Shown: one piece after another, positions 24,257-33,023 of the stretch
Layout: the number at the start of each line of letters is the position of its first letter
Numbering within the stretch: the stretch's first letter is position 1
NCBI GenBank assembly: GCA_039586795.1
Contig: JBDHJS010000039.1
Span: 1 to 33,023, forward strand
Reading direction: 5' to 3'
Length of the DNA stretch: 33,023 nt
From: Gemmatimonadota bacterium
GTDB lineage: Bacteria > Gemmatimonadota > Gemmatimonadetes > Palauibacterales > KS3-K002
The notes under the pieces: model-generated
Told to the model about the DNA's origin: nothing
Databases searched by the model: none
What the model saw: the letters and a program-made list of their open reading frames with translations, nothing else
Translations under genes and position numbers: made by a program

Positions 24257-26134
24257 ATGAGACACAATTCCTGCGCTTTCCGCCACAGCGCCCTGCCCGC
24301 GCTGCTCGTACTCCTGTTGTCGTCCGGCTGCGGCGCTCCCGAGCAGCAAGACGAAACCTCCGATTCCTCGATCTCTCTGGAAGCACAATCGGCGGCCGCG
24401 GCCGCGGAGAGCGGGGACCTCGAGGCCCTGCGAGAGCTGCTCGACAGCGATCCCAGCCTCGCCACCCAAACCGACGAGCGGGGACGAACCCTGCTCTACA
24501 TCGCCGCGGCGTACGGCCATGTCGACATCTGCACAGAGCTCACGAAGGCCGGAGCCGACGTCAACGCGGCGACCGAGAGCGGTGAGACACCGCTTCACGT
24601 CGCCATTCGGCGCAACCAGGTAGCCGCCGCCGAATTCCTGCTCGGCCGTGGCGCCGACACCGAGCTCCGTAACGAGTACGGCCGCACGCCCCTGCTCCTG
24701 GTGGCCAGAGAGACCGGCAACTTGGAGATGGCGCAGATGTTGATCGCCGCCGGAGCCGATGTGAACGCCGAGGATCGATTTGAGACAAAACCAATCGAGC
24801 TCGCCGCGTGGAGGGGCTTCAAGGGCCCGGTCAACCTGTTCCTAGACGAGGGCGCCGAATTGCCGCCCGCCGATTCGCGGGACGCCAGACTCCTCGTCAT
24901 GATGAGCGCCGAGAAGGGACTCGACCGGCTCTTCGTGCTCCTCGCCGACGCGGGCAGCGATCTCGCCGCGCGCAACGATAACGACGGCTCGCTACTTCAC
25001 TCGGCCAGTCAGGGCGGTTCGGCGTTGATCGTGGCGCGGCTTCTGGATGAGGGCTTCGACGTGAACGAGCGGGACCGCTACGGCCGGGTCCCCCTTCACT
25101 ACGCGGCGGAGCTGGGACGCGAGGATGTGGCTCAGACGCTGATCGATCGGGGCGCCGATATCGACGCCCGCAGCTTGTCCGGCGAATCAGCATACAACAC
25201 AGCGCAGGCCGTGGAGCGTCCGGCGATGGCGCGCTTCCTGGCCGCGGCGGGCGCCAGCACCGAGGCGCGCCGGTTCCCGGTGCTCGAAGGGCCATACATG
25301 GGGCAGACACCCCCCGCAGCAGGCGCGGAGCCCGTCCCGTTCGCCCTCGACATCGTTTCCACTCATCGCTTCCAGCACGGGACCATCGCGTTCTCGCCCG
25401 ACGGGACGGAGGCGTACTGGTCCACGGAGTATGCCCTGCCCGACTCGGGCTATTCCTACGGGATGATCTATTTCTCGGAGATCGTGGACGGCCGCTGGAC
25501 GGAACCGGCGCCGGCGCCATTCTCGGTGCCACGCCAGGGCGACGATGTACCGATCTTCGCCCCCGACGGCCAGAAACTGTATTTCCTTTCGACACGCACG
25601 ACGGAAGGCGAGGAAGGTCGACAGGCCGAGCGCATCTGGTATGTGACACGAACCGCGGATGGTTGGTCGGAGCCGCAGATCATCGAAGGCGGGCCCAACA
25701 CGCTGGATCTCCACTGGTCGTTCTCGGTGGCGGCGAACGGCAACATCTACACGCCCGGCGATGACGACATACATGTGTCGCGTTTGGTAGATGGCGTGTA
25801 CCAGCCGCCGGAGAACCTGGGTGCGCCGGTGAACAGCGAGACCGGCGAGGGAATGCCGTACATCGCGCCCGACGAGAGCTACCTGGTCTTCCAGCGCTCC
25901 CGACACGAGGACAACGTGGGCTATCTGGACCTGTGGATCGCCTTCAAAGACGAATCGGGCGATTGGATGGACCCGGTGCACCTACCCGTGAGCACGGAGG
26001 CCCATGAGATCTGCCCGCTGATGTCGCCGGACGGGAAGTATCTGTTCTTCAACAGCAGCCGGCTCGGCAATGACGACAACTACTGGGTGGACGCAAGCTT
26101 CATCGAGACCCTGAGACGCGAGGTGACTTACTGA
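24257..26134 (+). CDS. Ankyrin-repeat + PD40 (beta-propeller) lipoprotein
   Basis: Lipobox LSSG-C; about 9 ankyrin repeats (G.TPLH.A...GADVN); GPYMGQTPP linker; FSPDG/FAPDG/IAPDESY/MSPDGKYLFF PD40 repeats. Confidence 0.88.
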   Translation: MRHNSCAFRHSALPALLVLLLSSGCGAPEQQDETSDSSISLEAQSAAAAAESGDLEALRELLDSDPSLATQTDERGRTLLYIAAAYGHVDICTELTKAGADVNAATESGETPLHVAIRRNQVAAAEFLLGRGADTELRNEYGRTPLLLVARETGNLEMAQMLIAAGADVNAEDRFETKPIELAAWRGFKGPVNLFLDEGAELPPADSRDARLLVMMSAEKGLDRLFVLLADAGSDLAARNDNDGSLLHSASQGGSALIVARLLDEGFDVNERDRYGRVPLHYAAELGREDVAQTLIDRGADIDARSLSGESAYNTAQAVERPAMARFLAAAGASTEARRFPVLEGPYMGQTPPAAGAEPVPFALDIVSTHRFQHGTIAFSPDGTEAYWSTEYALPDSGYSYGMIYFSEIVDGRWTEPAPAPFSVPRQGDDVPIFAPDGQKLYFLSTRTTEGEEGRQAERIWYVTRTADGWSEPQIIEGGPNTLDLHWSFSVAANGNIYTPGDDDIHVSRLVDGVYQPPENLGAPVNSETGEGMPYIAPDESYLVFQRSRHEDNVGYLDLWIAFKDESGDWMDPVHLPVSTEAHEICPLMSPDGKYLFFNSSRLGNDDNYWVDASFIETLRREVTY

Positions 26135-26141
26135 CCGGACA

Positions 26142-27239
26142 CTAACCGAGCCAACCTTTTCGACGGAAATAGACGACCATTCCGAAGGTGACGAGAACCA
26201 TCACCGCGATTATGATCGGGTAGCCCCAGTACCAGTTCAACTCGGGCATGTTCCAGGGCGACCGCTCAACGTTGAAGTTCATCCCATAGATGCCGGCGAT
26301 GAACGTGAGCGGAATGAAGATCGTGGCAATGATCGTGAGCACCTTCATGATTTCGTTCATTCGATGCCCGACGCTGGACTGGTAGAACTCCATCAATCCC
26401 GAGTTGAGGTCGCGATAGGTCTCGACGAGATCGACGATACGCACCGCATGATCATAGCAGTCGCGCAGATATGTCTTGGTCGAGTCGGAGAACATCGGTG
26501 CCGGGTCGCGGATCAGCGCGTTGAGCATGTCCCGGGTCGGCCAGATCGCCCGGCGCAACGCGAGCAGATCGTGCTTGGTGGCAAAGACTCGCCCGACAAT
26601 CTCGGCGGTGGGCGCGAGCGCTATCTGCTCTTCCATCTCGTCCAGCCGTTCGCTAAGCCCTTCGAGCACCGGGAAGTAGCTATCGACGATCGCATCCAAC
26701 AACGCATAGGCGAGGTAGTCGGCATTTAATAATCGGCTGCGCGTCGACTCGCGAATTCTCTTGCGAACCGGCTCGAAGCAATCGCCCTTCCATTCCTGAA
26801 ACGTGACCACGAAGTTGGGACCAAGGAACATGCTAACCTGCTCCATCTTTATAACATGTTCTAAGATCTCGGGCATGCGGACCACAATGAACGCGTGGTT
26901 TTCGTATTCCTCGAACTTCGGCCGCTGCCTGGAATTGGCTACGTCCTCCAGAGCGAGGGGGTGCAGGCCGAACTGCTCGCCTAAAGCCTGAAGCGTCCCG
27001 GCATCGCCGACGCCATCGATGTTGACCCAAACAACCGGCCATTTGTTGATATAGCCAGCGATATTGCGAGGCGCTTCGACGGTCTCTTCCACGACCTCCT
27101 CCGCACTGTACGCGATCACCCGAACAACCGGCGGCGGTGCCTCCGGGTCGGTCTCCAGCGTGCCGGGAGCGGTGCCCGGCGCGGTCCGCGCTCTGATTCG
27201 CGGACGCCATCCTTTGCGAAGGATCTTAGTTGTCAGCAT
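26142..27239 (-). CDS. corA: Magnesium/cobalt transporter CorA
   Basis: FGLHPLALED, QRPK.E.Y, YLRDCYDH, MNEIMKVLT, GIYGMNF, MPEL.W..GYP. Likely start 27239 after GGAGG. Confidence 0.95.
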   Translation of the reverse strand: MLTTKILRKGWRPRIRARTAPGTAPGTLETDPEAPPPVVRVIAYSAEEVVEETVEAPRNIAGYINKWPVVWVNIDGVGDAGTLQALGEQFGLHPLALEDVANSRQRPKFEEYENHAFIVVRMPEILEHVIKMEQVSMFLGPNFVVTFQEWKGDCFEPVRKRIRESTRSRLLNADYLAYALLDAIVDSYFPVLEGLSERLDEMEEQIALAPTAEIVGRVFATKHDLLALRRAIWPTRDMLNALIRDPAPMFSDSTKTYLRDCYDHAVRIVDLVETYRDLNSGLMEFYQSSVGHRMNEIMKVLTIIATIFIPLTFIAGIYGMNFNVERSPWNMPELNWYWGYPIIIAVMVLVTFGMVVYFRRKGWLG

Positions 27240-27453
27240 GATGCCTCCATAGTTGCCCGGCCACCGTTGCCCGCTTTTCGCGCACACTGAAAGCACGTCG
27301 CACCTACACGAGAGCTTTCGACACGCTCAGCGCCAAGCCGATCGCTCTACATCCCGGGTTTGGGCGGGTACATACTTGCTCCTACCGAAGTGCGCCGCTT
27401 TCTTTTTGTTGTACTTCTTTACCACCACTAGGTCGTCGAAGACAGGGGGTCAT

Positions 27454-28362
27454 ATGCAAAGGCTGATCAGCATGGAAACCGCGGAGCAGTTGCGAAACAT
27501 GATCGTGGGCTTCATGCCGCGAGTCGCGGCGGCACTAACCGTTCTGATCGTATTCTGGGTCGTGTTTCGGATCACACGCAGACTGCTAGAGTCGGTCTTC
27601 CGCCGTGCAGGCATCCACCCAGCTCTCATACACCTGTTGCTCGACACCGTCTATAGAATAACGCTTGCCATCATAGCCGTAATAATGGCAGCAAGCCAGC
27701 TCGGCATGAACGTTGCCGCTGCGATTGCCGGGCTCGGTGTGATGGGCATTGCGGTTGGTCTGGCATCGCAAGACTCGATTGCAAACATGATCGCCGGGTT
27801 CCTCATTTTCTGGGACAAGCCCTTCACCGTCGGGGACTACCTGACAATCGGCGACCTCTACGGCGAAGTTCGCGTGATTACAATCCGCACCACGCGAATC
27901 CGCACCAACGAAAACAAGTATGTAGTCATTCCCAACAGGCAGATCATGGACGGGACGTTGGTAAACCATTCTATGTATGGCGCAACCCGAGTCAACGTTC
28001 CCCTGGGCATCGCCTACAAGGAGTACATTCCGGAAGCGCGAGCCGTTCTTTTGAATGCCTTACAATCAGTTGAAGGCGTTCTGAAAGACCCGGCCCCGGA
28101 TGTTGTGGTAGATAGTCTGGCAAGCTCCAGCGTGAATCTGATGGTTCGCGTGTGGATCGATGACTTGTCAGCCGAGCGGCCGATCCATTTCCGTACTCTG
28201 GAGGCGTGTAAACTGGCCCTTGACGCGGCCGGCATCCAGATCCCTTACCCGCACCTGCAACTGTTTGTCGAGAACGTAGATGACCGCGTGTGGGGTAAGG
28301 CGTCCGAGCTTCCGGTACTCGCCATGGCCTCCGGTGGCCGCGAGAAGAAGAAAGCGCGCTGA
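27454..28362 (+). CDS. mscS: Small-conductance mechanosensitive channel (MscS family)
   Basis: AGLGVMGIAVGLASQD..AN..AG, PF.VGD, G.V..I..RTT.I.T..N..V.IPN, GIQIPYP. Likely start ATG 27454 after GGGGGT. Confidence 0.9.
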   Translation: MQRLISMETAEQLRNMIVGFMPRVAAALTVLIVFWVVFRITRRLLESVFRRAGIHPALIHLLLDTVYRITLAIIAVIMAASQLGMNVAAAIAGLGVMGIAVGLASQDSIANMIAGFLIFWDKPFTVGDYLTIGDLYGEVRVITIRTTRIRTNENKYVVIPNRQIMDGTLVNHSMYGATRVNVPLGIAYKEYIPEARAVLLNALQSVEGVLKDPAPDVVVDSLASSSVNLMVRVWIDDLSAERPIHFRTLEACKLALDAAGIQIPYPHLQLFVENVDDRVWGKASELPVLAMASGGREKKKAR

Positions 28363-28376
28363 TTCACGCGGGCGTT

Positions 28377-28481
28377 TGCCGTGACGTTGGCTGGTTAGCG
28401 CTCGGCCAGTGCATCAAGATGGCTACGACGAACGGCGCCGGGGCTTGGGCTCGCCGCCGTAACCAGCCTACCTCACCGGCA
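28377..28481. repeat. 105-nt element with ~23-bp imperfect terminal inverted repeats
   Basis: Left arm TGCCGTGACGTTGGCTGGTTAGCG pairs with right arm CGTAACCAGCCTACCTCACCGGCA. Perfect core GGCTGGTTA/TAACCAGCC. Confidence 0.6.
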
Positions 28482-28569
28482 TGAAGTTCTCCGTTACTCC
28501 TATCACACTCTATACAATTCTCGTGGCCGCTGTGCGCGCTTATAGGGAACGGCGGCTCGGCTTCTACCT

Positions 28570-29811
28570 CTAGTAGAGAAGGTACTGGACGCGCAGTCCG
28601 GCGAAATCGGCGAGCTGGTCACGCCACTCGCGGGTCGCTTCCTCAAGTGAAGCCCCCCCGTCTATATACTGCCGTAGCTGAGAAGTACCGGCGAGGCGGT
28701 CGAAGTGTGCTGGCCGCCACTCCCAACGGTCGCCCGCGAGCCGCCGCGCCTCAATCAACGCGGCGACGGCGGCCAGCGTGGGATCGTAGATCGCTCGGTC
28801 CGTCGTGATGAAGCGCACGCCGTTCACCGACTCGCCGCTGTACTTGCGGTCGTGGGCTCCCTCCGGCGTGAAGCTGACGGCCTCGAAGCGCACCCCCGGC
28901 AGGTCGTAGCCCTTCAGGCGCTCGGCCAGGGCCGCGCCATCGAGCCATGGCGCGCCGATCTGCTGGAAAGCGATCGGCGTGCCGCGCCCCACCGACAGGT
29001 TCGTGCCCTCGAACAGGCAGGTGCCCGGGTAGTGAGTCGCGCTCTCCAGGTCCGGCATGTTGGGCGAGGTCTTGATCCAGGGGAGGCCGGTCGCATCGAA
29101 CCAGTCTTCCCGTCGCCAGTTGTCGACCGGGATGACATGGAGCGCGGCACCGATCCCGAACTCGCCGTTGAAGAGTCGAGCCAGCTCGCCAGCCGTCATG
29201 CCGTGCCGCATCGGAACCGGGTACAGCCCGACGAAGGTGGAGTGTTCGGGCTCGAGGACGTTGCCCTGTACGTGCAACCCGCCGATCGGGTTCGGCCGAT
29301 CGAGCACGATGAACGTGATATCTTGCTCGGCAGCGGCCTGCATCGCCAGTGCCATGGTCGATACGTAGGTGTAGTAACGCGCGCCGATGTCCTGGATGTC
29401 GAACAGCATCACATCGATGCCTGCCAACATCTCGGATGTCGGCTGGAGCGACTCTCCGTATAGAGAGTGCACGGGCAAGCCGGTGCGCTCATCTGTGCCA
29501 CTGGCCACGCGACTGCCCTCGGCGACGGTACCTCGGTAGCCGTGCTCGGGTCCGAAGATGGCGACCAGCTCGATGCCCTCGCTCAGCAACAGATCGATCG
29601 AATGCGTTCCATCCCGAGCGATGCCAGTATGGTTGGTGATCAGTCCGACGCGCCGGCCTTCCACGAGATGGCTCGAGTCGCTGAGCAGCACTTCGATTCC
29701 GGGACGCACGTCTTCTACCTCCGGGCTCGGCGGCGCACACGCCGCGAAGGCCAGCAGGGCTATGATGGCCGGGCACGATTGCCGACGTATTCCGTGCCTT
29801 TTAGCTTGCAC
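28570..29811 (-). CDS. namZ: Exo-beta-N-acetylmuramidase NamZ (DUF1343/YbbC family), lipoprotein
   Basis: RVGLITNHTG, FGPEHG, SLYG, FDIQDIGARYYTY, VLDRPNP, RHGMTAGELA, TSPNMP, EGTNLSVGRGT, FDRLAG. Likely GTG start 29811; lipobox FAA-C. Confidence 0.9.
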   Translation of the reverse strand: MQAKRHGIRRQSCPAIIALLAFAACAPPSPEVEDVRPGIEVLLSDSSHLVEGRRVGLITNHTGIARDGTHSIDLLLSEGIELVAIFGPEHGYRGTVAEGSRVASGTDERTGLPVHSLYGESLQPTSEMLAGIDVMLFDIQDIGARYYTYVSTMALAMQAAAEQDITFIVLDRPNPIGGLHVQGNVLEPEHSTFVGLYPVPMRHGMTAGELARLFNGEFGIGAALHVIPVDNWRREDWFDATGLPWIKTSPNMPDLESATHYPGTCLFEGTNLSVGRGTPIAFQQIGAPWLDGAALAERLKGYDLPGVRFEAVSFTPEGAHDRKYSGESVNGVRFITTDRAIYDPTLAAVAALIEARRLAGDRWEWRPAHFDRLAGTSQLRQYIDGGASLEEATREWRDQLADFAGLRVQYLLY

Positions 29812-29914
29812 CGTCCACCTTCCGGCAGCTCTTGTTCGGTTGGAAGACTCACGTCGGCTAAACGTCCGCCGAAGCGAGGTCGCCGTCAACACTCTATCGC
29901 CCGACCTGCGCCGA

Positions 29915-31738
29915 ATGCCTAAATCGAACGCCATCGCCCGTGGCCTGGTGCTGCTCGCTTTGTTCGGAAGCTGCGGGCCGCAGCCGCAGCCCGTCAACGA
30001 GAGTCCCGCCCCCGTTCCCTTCACGGCCTCGCCCCCCGATACCGACACTGTCGCTTGGGTCGAGAGCACGCTGTCATCTCTGACATTGCGGCAGAAGGTG
30101 GCCCAACTGGTCAATGTCTGGGTGCTGGGCGACTATCTATCGACGGCCTCGGCGGAGTTCGATGTGCTGGACAGCCTGGTCAGCGTCGAGGGCATCGGCG
30201 GCATCACGATCTCTGTGGGGCTACCCAACGAGTACGCGGCGAAGCTGAACGCCTTGCAGCGCCGCGCTGGGGTCCCGCTGCTCGTCACGTCCGACCTCGA
30301 GTCGGGCGGCCCGGGCAATCGGCTGGCGGGTATCTACTCGCTGCCTCACATGCTGGCGATGGGTGGCGGCACGATGTTCCCGCCGACGATGGCCTTCGGC
30401 GCCATCGGGGACGCGCGGTACGCTTACGAGTTGGGGCGGATCACCGGGCTGGAGGCGCGGGCGGTGGGTGTGCATCTGACCTTCGCGCCGGTGCTCGACG
30501 TGAATAGCAACCCCGCGAACCCGATCATCAACACGCGGTCGTTCGGTGAAGACCCGGAACGCGTGGCGGATCTGGGTGTGGTGTTCATCCGCGGCGCCAA
30601 GGCGGCGGGTTTGATGACGGCCGCCAAGCATTTTCCCGGACACGGCGACACGCGTACCGATTCGCATCTCGAGCTACCGGTTATCAACGCCACACGGGCG
30701 CGACTCGATACGCTGGAGTTGGTGCCATTCAAGCGCGCGGTGGCGGCAGGCGTCGACGCGATCATGACCGCGCACATCGCGACCCCGAACATCCTTGGCT
30801 CCAACGTTCCGGCGACATTGTCGCCCTACTACTTGAGTGGCCTGCTGCGTGACGAGTACGGTTTCGACGGACTGATCTTCACCGACGCTTTGCGTATGCG
30901 GGCGATCGTCGACGACTACGGCGTCGGCGAGTCCGCGGTGTTGGCTATCGAGGCGGGCGCCGATGTCATCTTGATGCCGGCCGATATTCGGACATCGATC
31001 GACGCGCTGGTCGAGGCGGTCAAGCAAGGCCGGCTCTCGGAGTCGCGTATCGATCGGTCCATCGAACGTCTGCTAAAGATGAAGGTGCGGGCCGGGCTCC
31101 AGGCAAACCGCTTCGTCGATTCCGATGGGTTGATGGAGATTGTCGGGCGCCGGGAACATGTCGCGTTCGCCGATAGCGCTGCCCAGCTCTCCATCACGAT
31201 GCCGCGAGATGATGCGCGCCTGGTGCCGATCGACACGACGGTGACACGCCGAGTACTCAGCATCGTCTATGCCCGACGCGAAGATCCGGCCGCCGGGCGA
31301 ACCTTCAACAGCACCCTCGCCGACGCCCTGGAGACCGTGGGTGAAGCCTGGGTCTTCGACGGTACCACCGCCGCAGCTTACGATTCGCTGCTACTCTTGG
31401 CCGACGCATACGACCGCGTGTTCGTCTCCGTTTACGTCTCGCCGGCGGCCGAGGTCGGTACGGTGGGGGTCTCCAACGCGTTCGCCCGATTCGTTGCGGA
31501 TCTGGCGTTCGAGGATCAATCGCCGGTGGTGCTCTCCTTCGGGAGCCCCTACCTGCTCACGGCGTTCCCCGATGCCGGCACCTATCTGTTGGCCTGGGGC
31601 GGCCGAGAGGTCTCTCAGCGGGCGGCGGCCCGAGCGCTGCTCGGCGAGGCCGGGATTAGCGGGCGGTTGCCGATTTCGCTGCCACCCTTCCACAGAATCG
31701 GTGACGGGCTGAGTCGACCCGCGGGAGGTGGTGGTTGA
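29915..31738 (+). CDS. nagZ: GH3 beta-N-acetylglucosaminidase (two-domain NagZ type), lipoprotein
   Basis: FAPVLDVNSNPANPIINTRSFGEDP, KHFPGHGDTRTDSH (His/Asp dyad), IMTAH, FTDAL nucleophile, GH3-C domain. Likely start MPKSN at 29915; lipobox LFGS-C. Confidence 0.9.
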   Translation: MPKSNAIARGLVLLALFGSCGPQPQPVNESPAPVPFTASPPDTDTVAWVESTLSSLTLRQKVAQLVNVWVLGDYLSTASAEFDVLDSLVSVEGIGGITISVGLPNEYAAKLNALQRRAGVPLLVTSDLESGGPGNRLAGIYSLPHMLAMGGGTMFPPTMAFGAIGDARYAYELGRITGLEARAVGVHLTFAPVLDVNSNPANPIINTRSFGEDPERVADLGVVFIRGAKAAGLMTAAKHFPGHGDTRTDSHLELPVINATRARLDTLELVPFKRAVAAGVDAIMTAHIATPNILGSNVPATLSPYYLSGLLRDEYGFDGLIFTDALRMRAIVDDYGVGESAVLAIEAGADVILMPADIRTSIDALVEAVKQGRLSESRIDRSIERLLKMKVRAGLQANRFVDSDGLMEIVGRREHVAFADSAAQLSITMPRDDARLVPIDTTVTRRVLSIVYARREDPAAGRTFNSTLADALETVGEAWVFDGTTAAAYDSLLLLADAYDRVFVSVYVSPAAEVGTVGVSNAFARFVADLAFEDQSPVVLSFGSPYLLTAFPDAGTYLLAWGGREVSQRAAARALLGEAGISGRLPISLPPFHRIGDGLSRPAGGGG

Positions 31739-33023
31739 GCCGCGCGTTCGGGGGCCTCGACCTCGCCGTCATCATCATCTACCTGGCGGGCGTCACGTTG
31801 TGGGGCGCCTGGCTGGGTCGCAGCCAGACCGGCGGGCGCGACTATTTCCTGGGTCGCCGCTCGTTGCCGTGGTGGGCGGTCATGCTCTCCGTGGTCGCCA
31901 CCGAAACGTCTACGCTGACCTTTCTCAGTATACCGGGCGTCGCGTATCTGGGCGGTCTCGGCTTCTTGCAGCTCACCTTCGGCTACGTTGTCGGCCGCAT
32001 CATCGTAGCCGCCCTACTACTGCCGGCGTACTACCGGGGCGAGTTGTCCACGGCTTACCAGTTGCTGGAGTCTCGCTTCGGCCTCGGCGCGCGCCGGTTC
32101 ACATCCGGCATCTTCATGGGCACGCGGTTGCTGGCCGACTCCGTTCGGTTGTTCGCCACAGCCATCCCCCTGGCCCTGGTCACCGGTTGGCCGTATCCGG
32201 TGTCGATCGCGGTCATCGGGCTGCTCACGTTTGTGTACACGTACGTCGGCGGGATCAAGGCGGTCGTCTGGGTCGACGCTCTGCAGATGGGCCTCTACCT
32301 GGTCGGCGCCATCGCGGCGGTCGTTGCCCTACAGCTTTTGGCACCCGGCGGCTGGCCGGAGATCTTCACCGCCGCCGGCCAGGCCGGGAAGCTCGCCGTG
32401 ATAGACCTCTCCTTCGACTTAGGAAAGGCGTACACCCTGTGGGCCGGTCTGCTGGGTGGCGGATTCCTGTCGATGGCGTCGCACGGGACCGACCAGCTCA
32501 TCGTGCAGCGTCTGCTGACTTGCCGCGACCTGCGGGCCAGCCAGCGGGCGCTCGTAGGTAGCGGTTTCGCCGTCGTCTTACAGTTCGCGCTGTTCCTGAT
32601 CATCGGTTTGGGGCTTTGGGCGTTCTACGATGGTCGCGCTTTCGAGCGCGGGGATGAGATCTTCGCGCTGTTCATCGTCGAACAGCTTCCCGCCGGGCTC
32701 ACGGGCCTGTTGATCGCCGGGATATTCGCCGCGGCGATGTCGAGCCTTTCGTCATCGATCAACTCTCTGGCTTCGGCCAGCGCGTACGACTTCTGGGCGC
32801 CGGCCCGAGGCATCGACGACGACAAGCGCGTGCTGACCGCCGGGAAGAAGTTCACGGCGATCTGGGCAGCGCTGCTCATCGGTGGTGCGTTGTTGTTCAT
32901 CCCGTTGAGTCGCGGAACGACTGCCGTAGAGGTCGCGCTGGGCATCGCATCGTTGGTCTATGGTGGATTGCTGGGCGCCTTTGCCCTCGCTCGCTTCGAG
33001 CCAACGGCACGGGCCCGGGATGT
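31735..33023 (+). CDS. Sodium:solute symporter (SSS family), 3' end runs off the window
   Basis: Absent from the ORF track because it is open at the edge. TTG start overlaps the nagZ stop (TTGA) with GGAGG upstream. Translation includes DYFLGRRSLPWWAVMLSVVATETSTLTFLSIPG, GGIKAVVWVDALQ, HGTDQLIVQRLL and AAAMSSLSSSINSLA. Confidence 0.92.
   Translation, partial: MSRAFGGLDLAVIIIYLAGVTLWGAWLGRSQTGGRDYFLGRRSLPWWAVMLSVVATETSTLTFLSIPGVAYLGGLGFLQLTFGYVVGRIIVAALLLPAYYRGELSTAYQLLESRFGLGARRFTSGIFMGTRLLADSVRLFATAIPLALVTGWPYPVSIAVIGLLTFVYTYVGGIKAVVWVDALQMGLYLVGAIAAVVALQLLAPGGWPEIFTAAGQAGKLAVIDLSFDLGKAYTLWAGLLGGGFLSMASHGTDQLIVQRLLTCRDLRASQRALVGSGFAVVLQFALFLIIGLGLWAFYDGRAFERGDEIFALFIVEQLPAGLTGLLIAGIFAAAMSSLSSSINSLASASAYDFWAPARGIDDDKRVLTAGKKFTAIWAALLIGGALLFIPLSRGTTAVEVALGIASLVYGGLLGAFALARFEPTARARD

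Noticed and set aside
28377..28481. Integron attC site or SRP/6S RNA
   Set aside because: The core-site order is reversed relative to attC, there is no integrase or cassette array, the SRP loop motif is absent, and it is too short for 6S.
29558..30114. Apparent 557-nt head-to-head overlap of namZ (to 30114) and nagZ (from 29558)
   Set aside because: An artefact of longest-ORF calling. Signal peptides and lipoboxes place the starts near 29811 and 29915, leaving a normal divergent gap.
31728..32561. 277-aa Arg/Gly-rich ORF
   Set aside because: An off-frame shadow of the SSS symporter, which starts at 31735 in another frame.

Overview
A 33-kb, GC-rich bacterial chromosomal segment with about 25 protein-coding genes. 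I found no rRNA, tRNA, CRISPR array, transposase or integrase. The gene content (PadR + ADOP permease, HEAT-repeat + HD-GYP pair, 'FFAELKRRRV' TolB_N/TPR protein, ankyrin-PD40 lipoprotein, many lipoproteins) suggests Gemmatimonadota or a similar lineage; this is inference only. Gene order: partial PafA-like alkaline phosphatase; hypothetical lipoprotein; GntR(YtrA)-DUF5808-truncated esterase; CPA2 antiporter-EIIA fusion; Lrp-EamA; HEAT + HD-GYP; Tat-signal racemase + lipoprotein hydrolase; M28 peptidase; PadR-ADOP; a secreted His/Met-rich protein + atypical di-heme CcP/MauG enzyme + DoxX-like operon; TolB_N/TPR protein; ankyrin-PD40 protein; corA; mscS; and a NamZ / NagZ / partial Na+:solute symporter peptidoglycan-sugar cluster. 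The best candidates for undescribed biology are: (1) the di-heme operon, whose enzyme has His at the MauG Tyr294 / CcP Met ligand position and lacks the inter-heme Trp; (2) the HEAT/HD-GYP pair sharing a paralogous N-terminal domain; (3) a Tat-exported racemase with a remodelled active site; (4) an apparently circularly permuted ConA-like domain; (5) small structured intergenic elements. All family assignments come from motif recognition by eye, without database searches.
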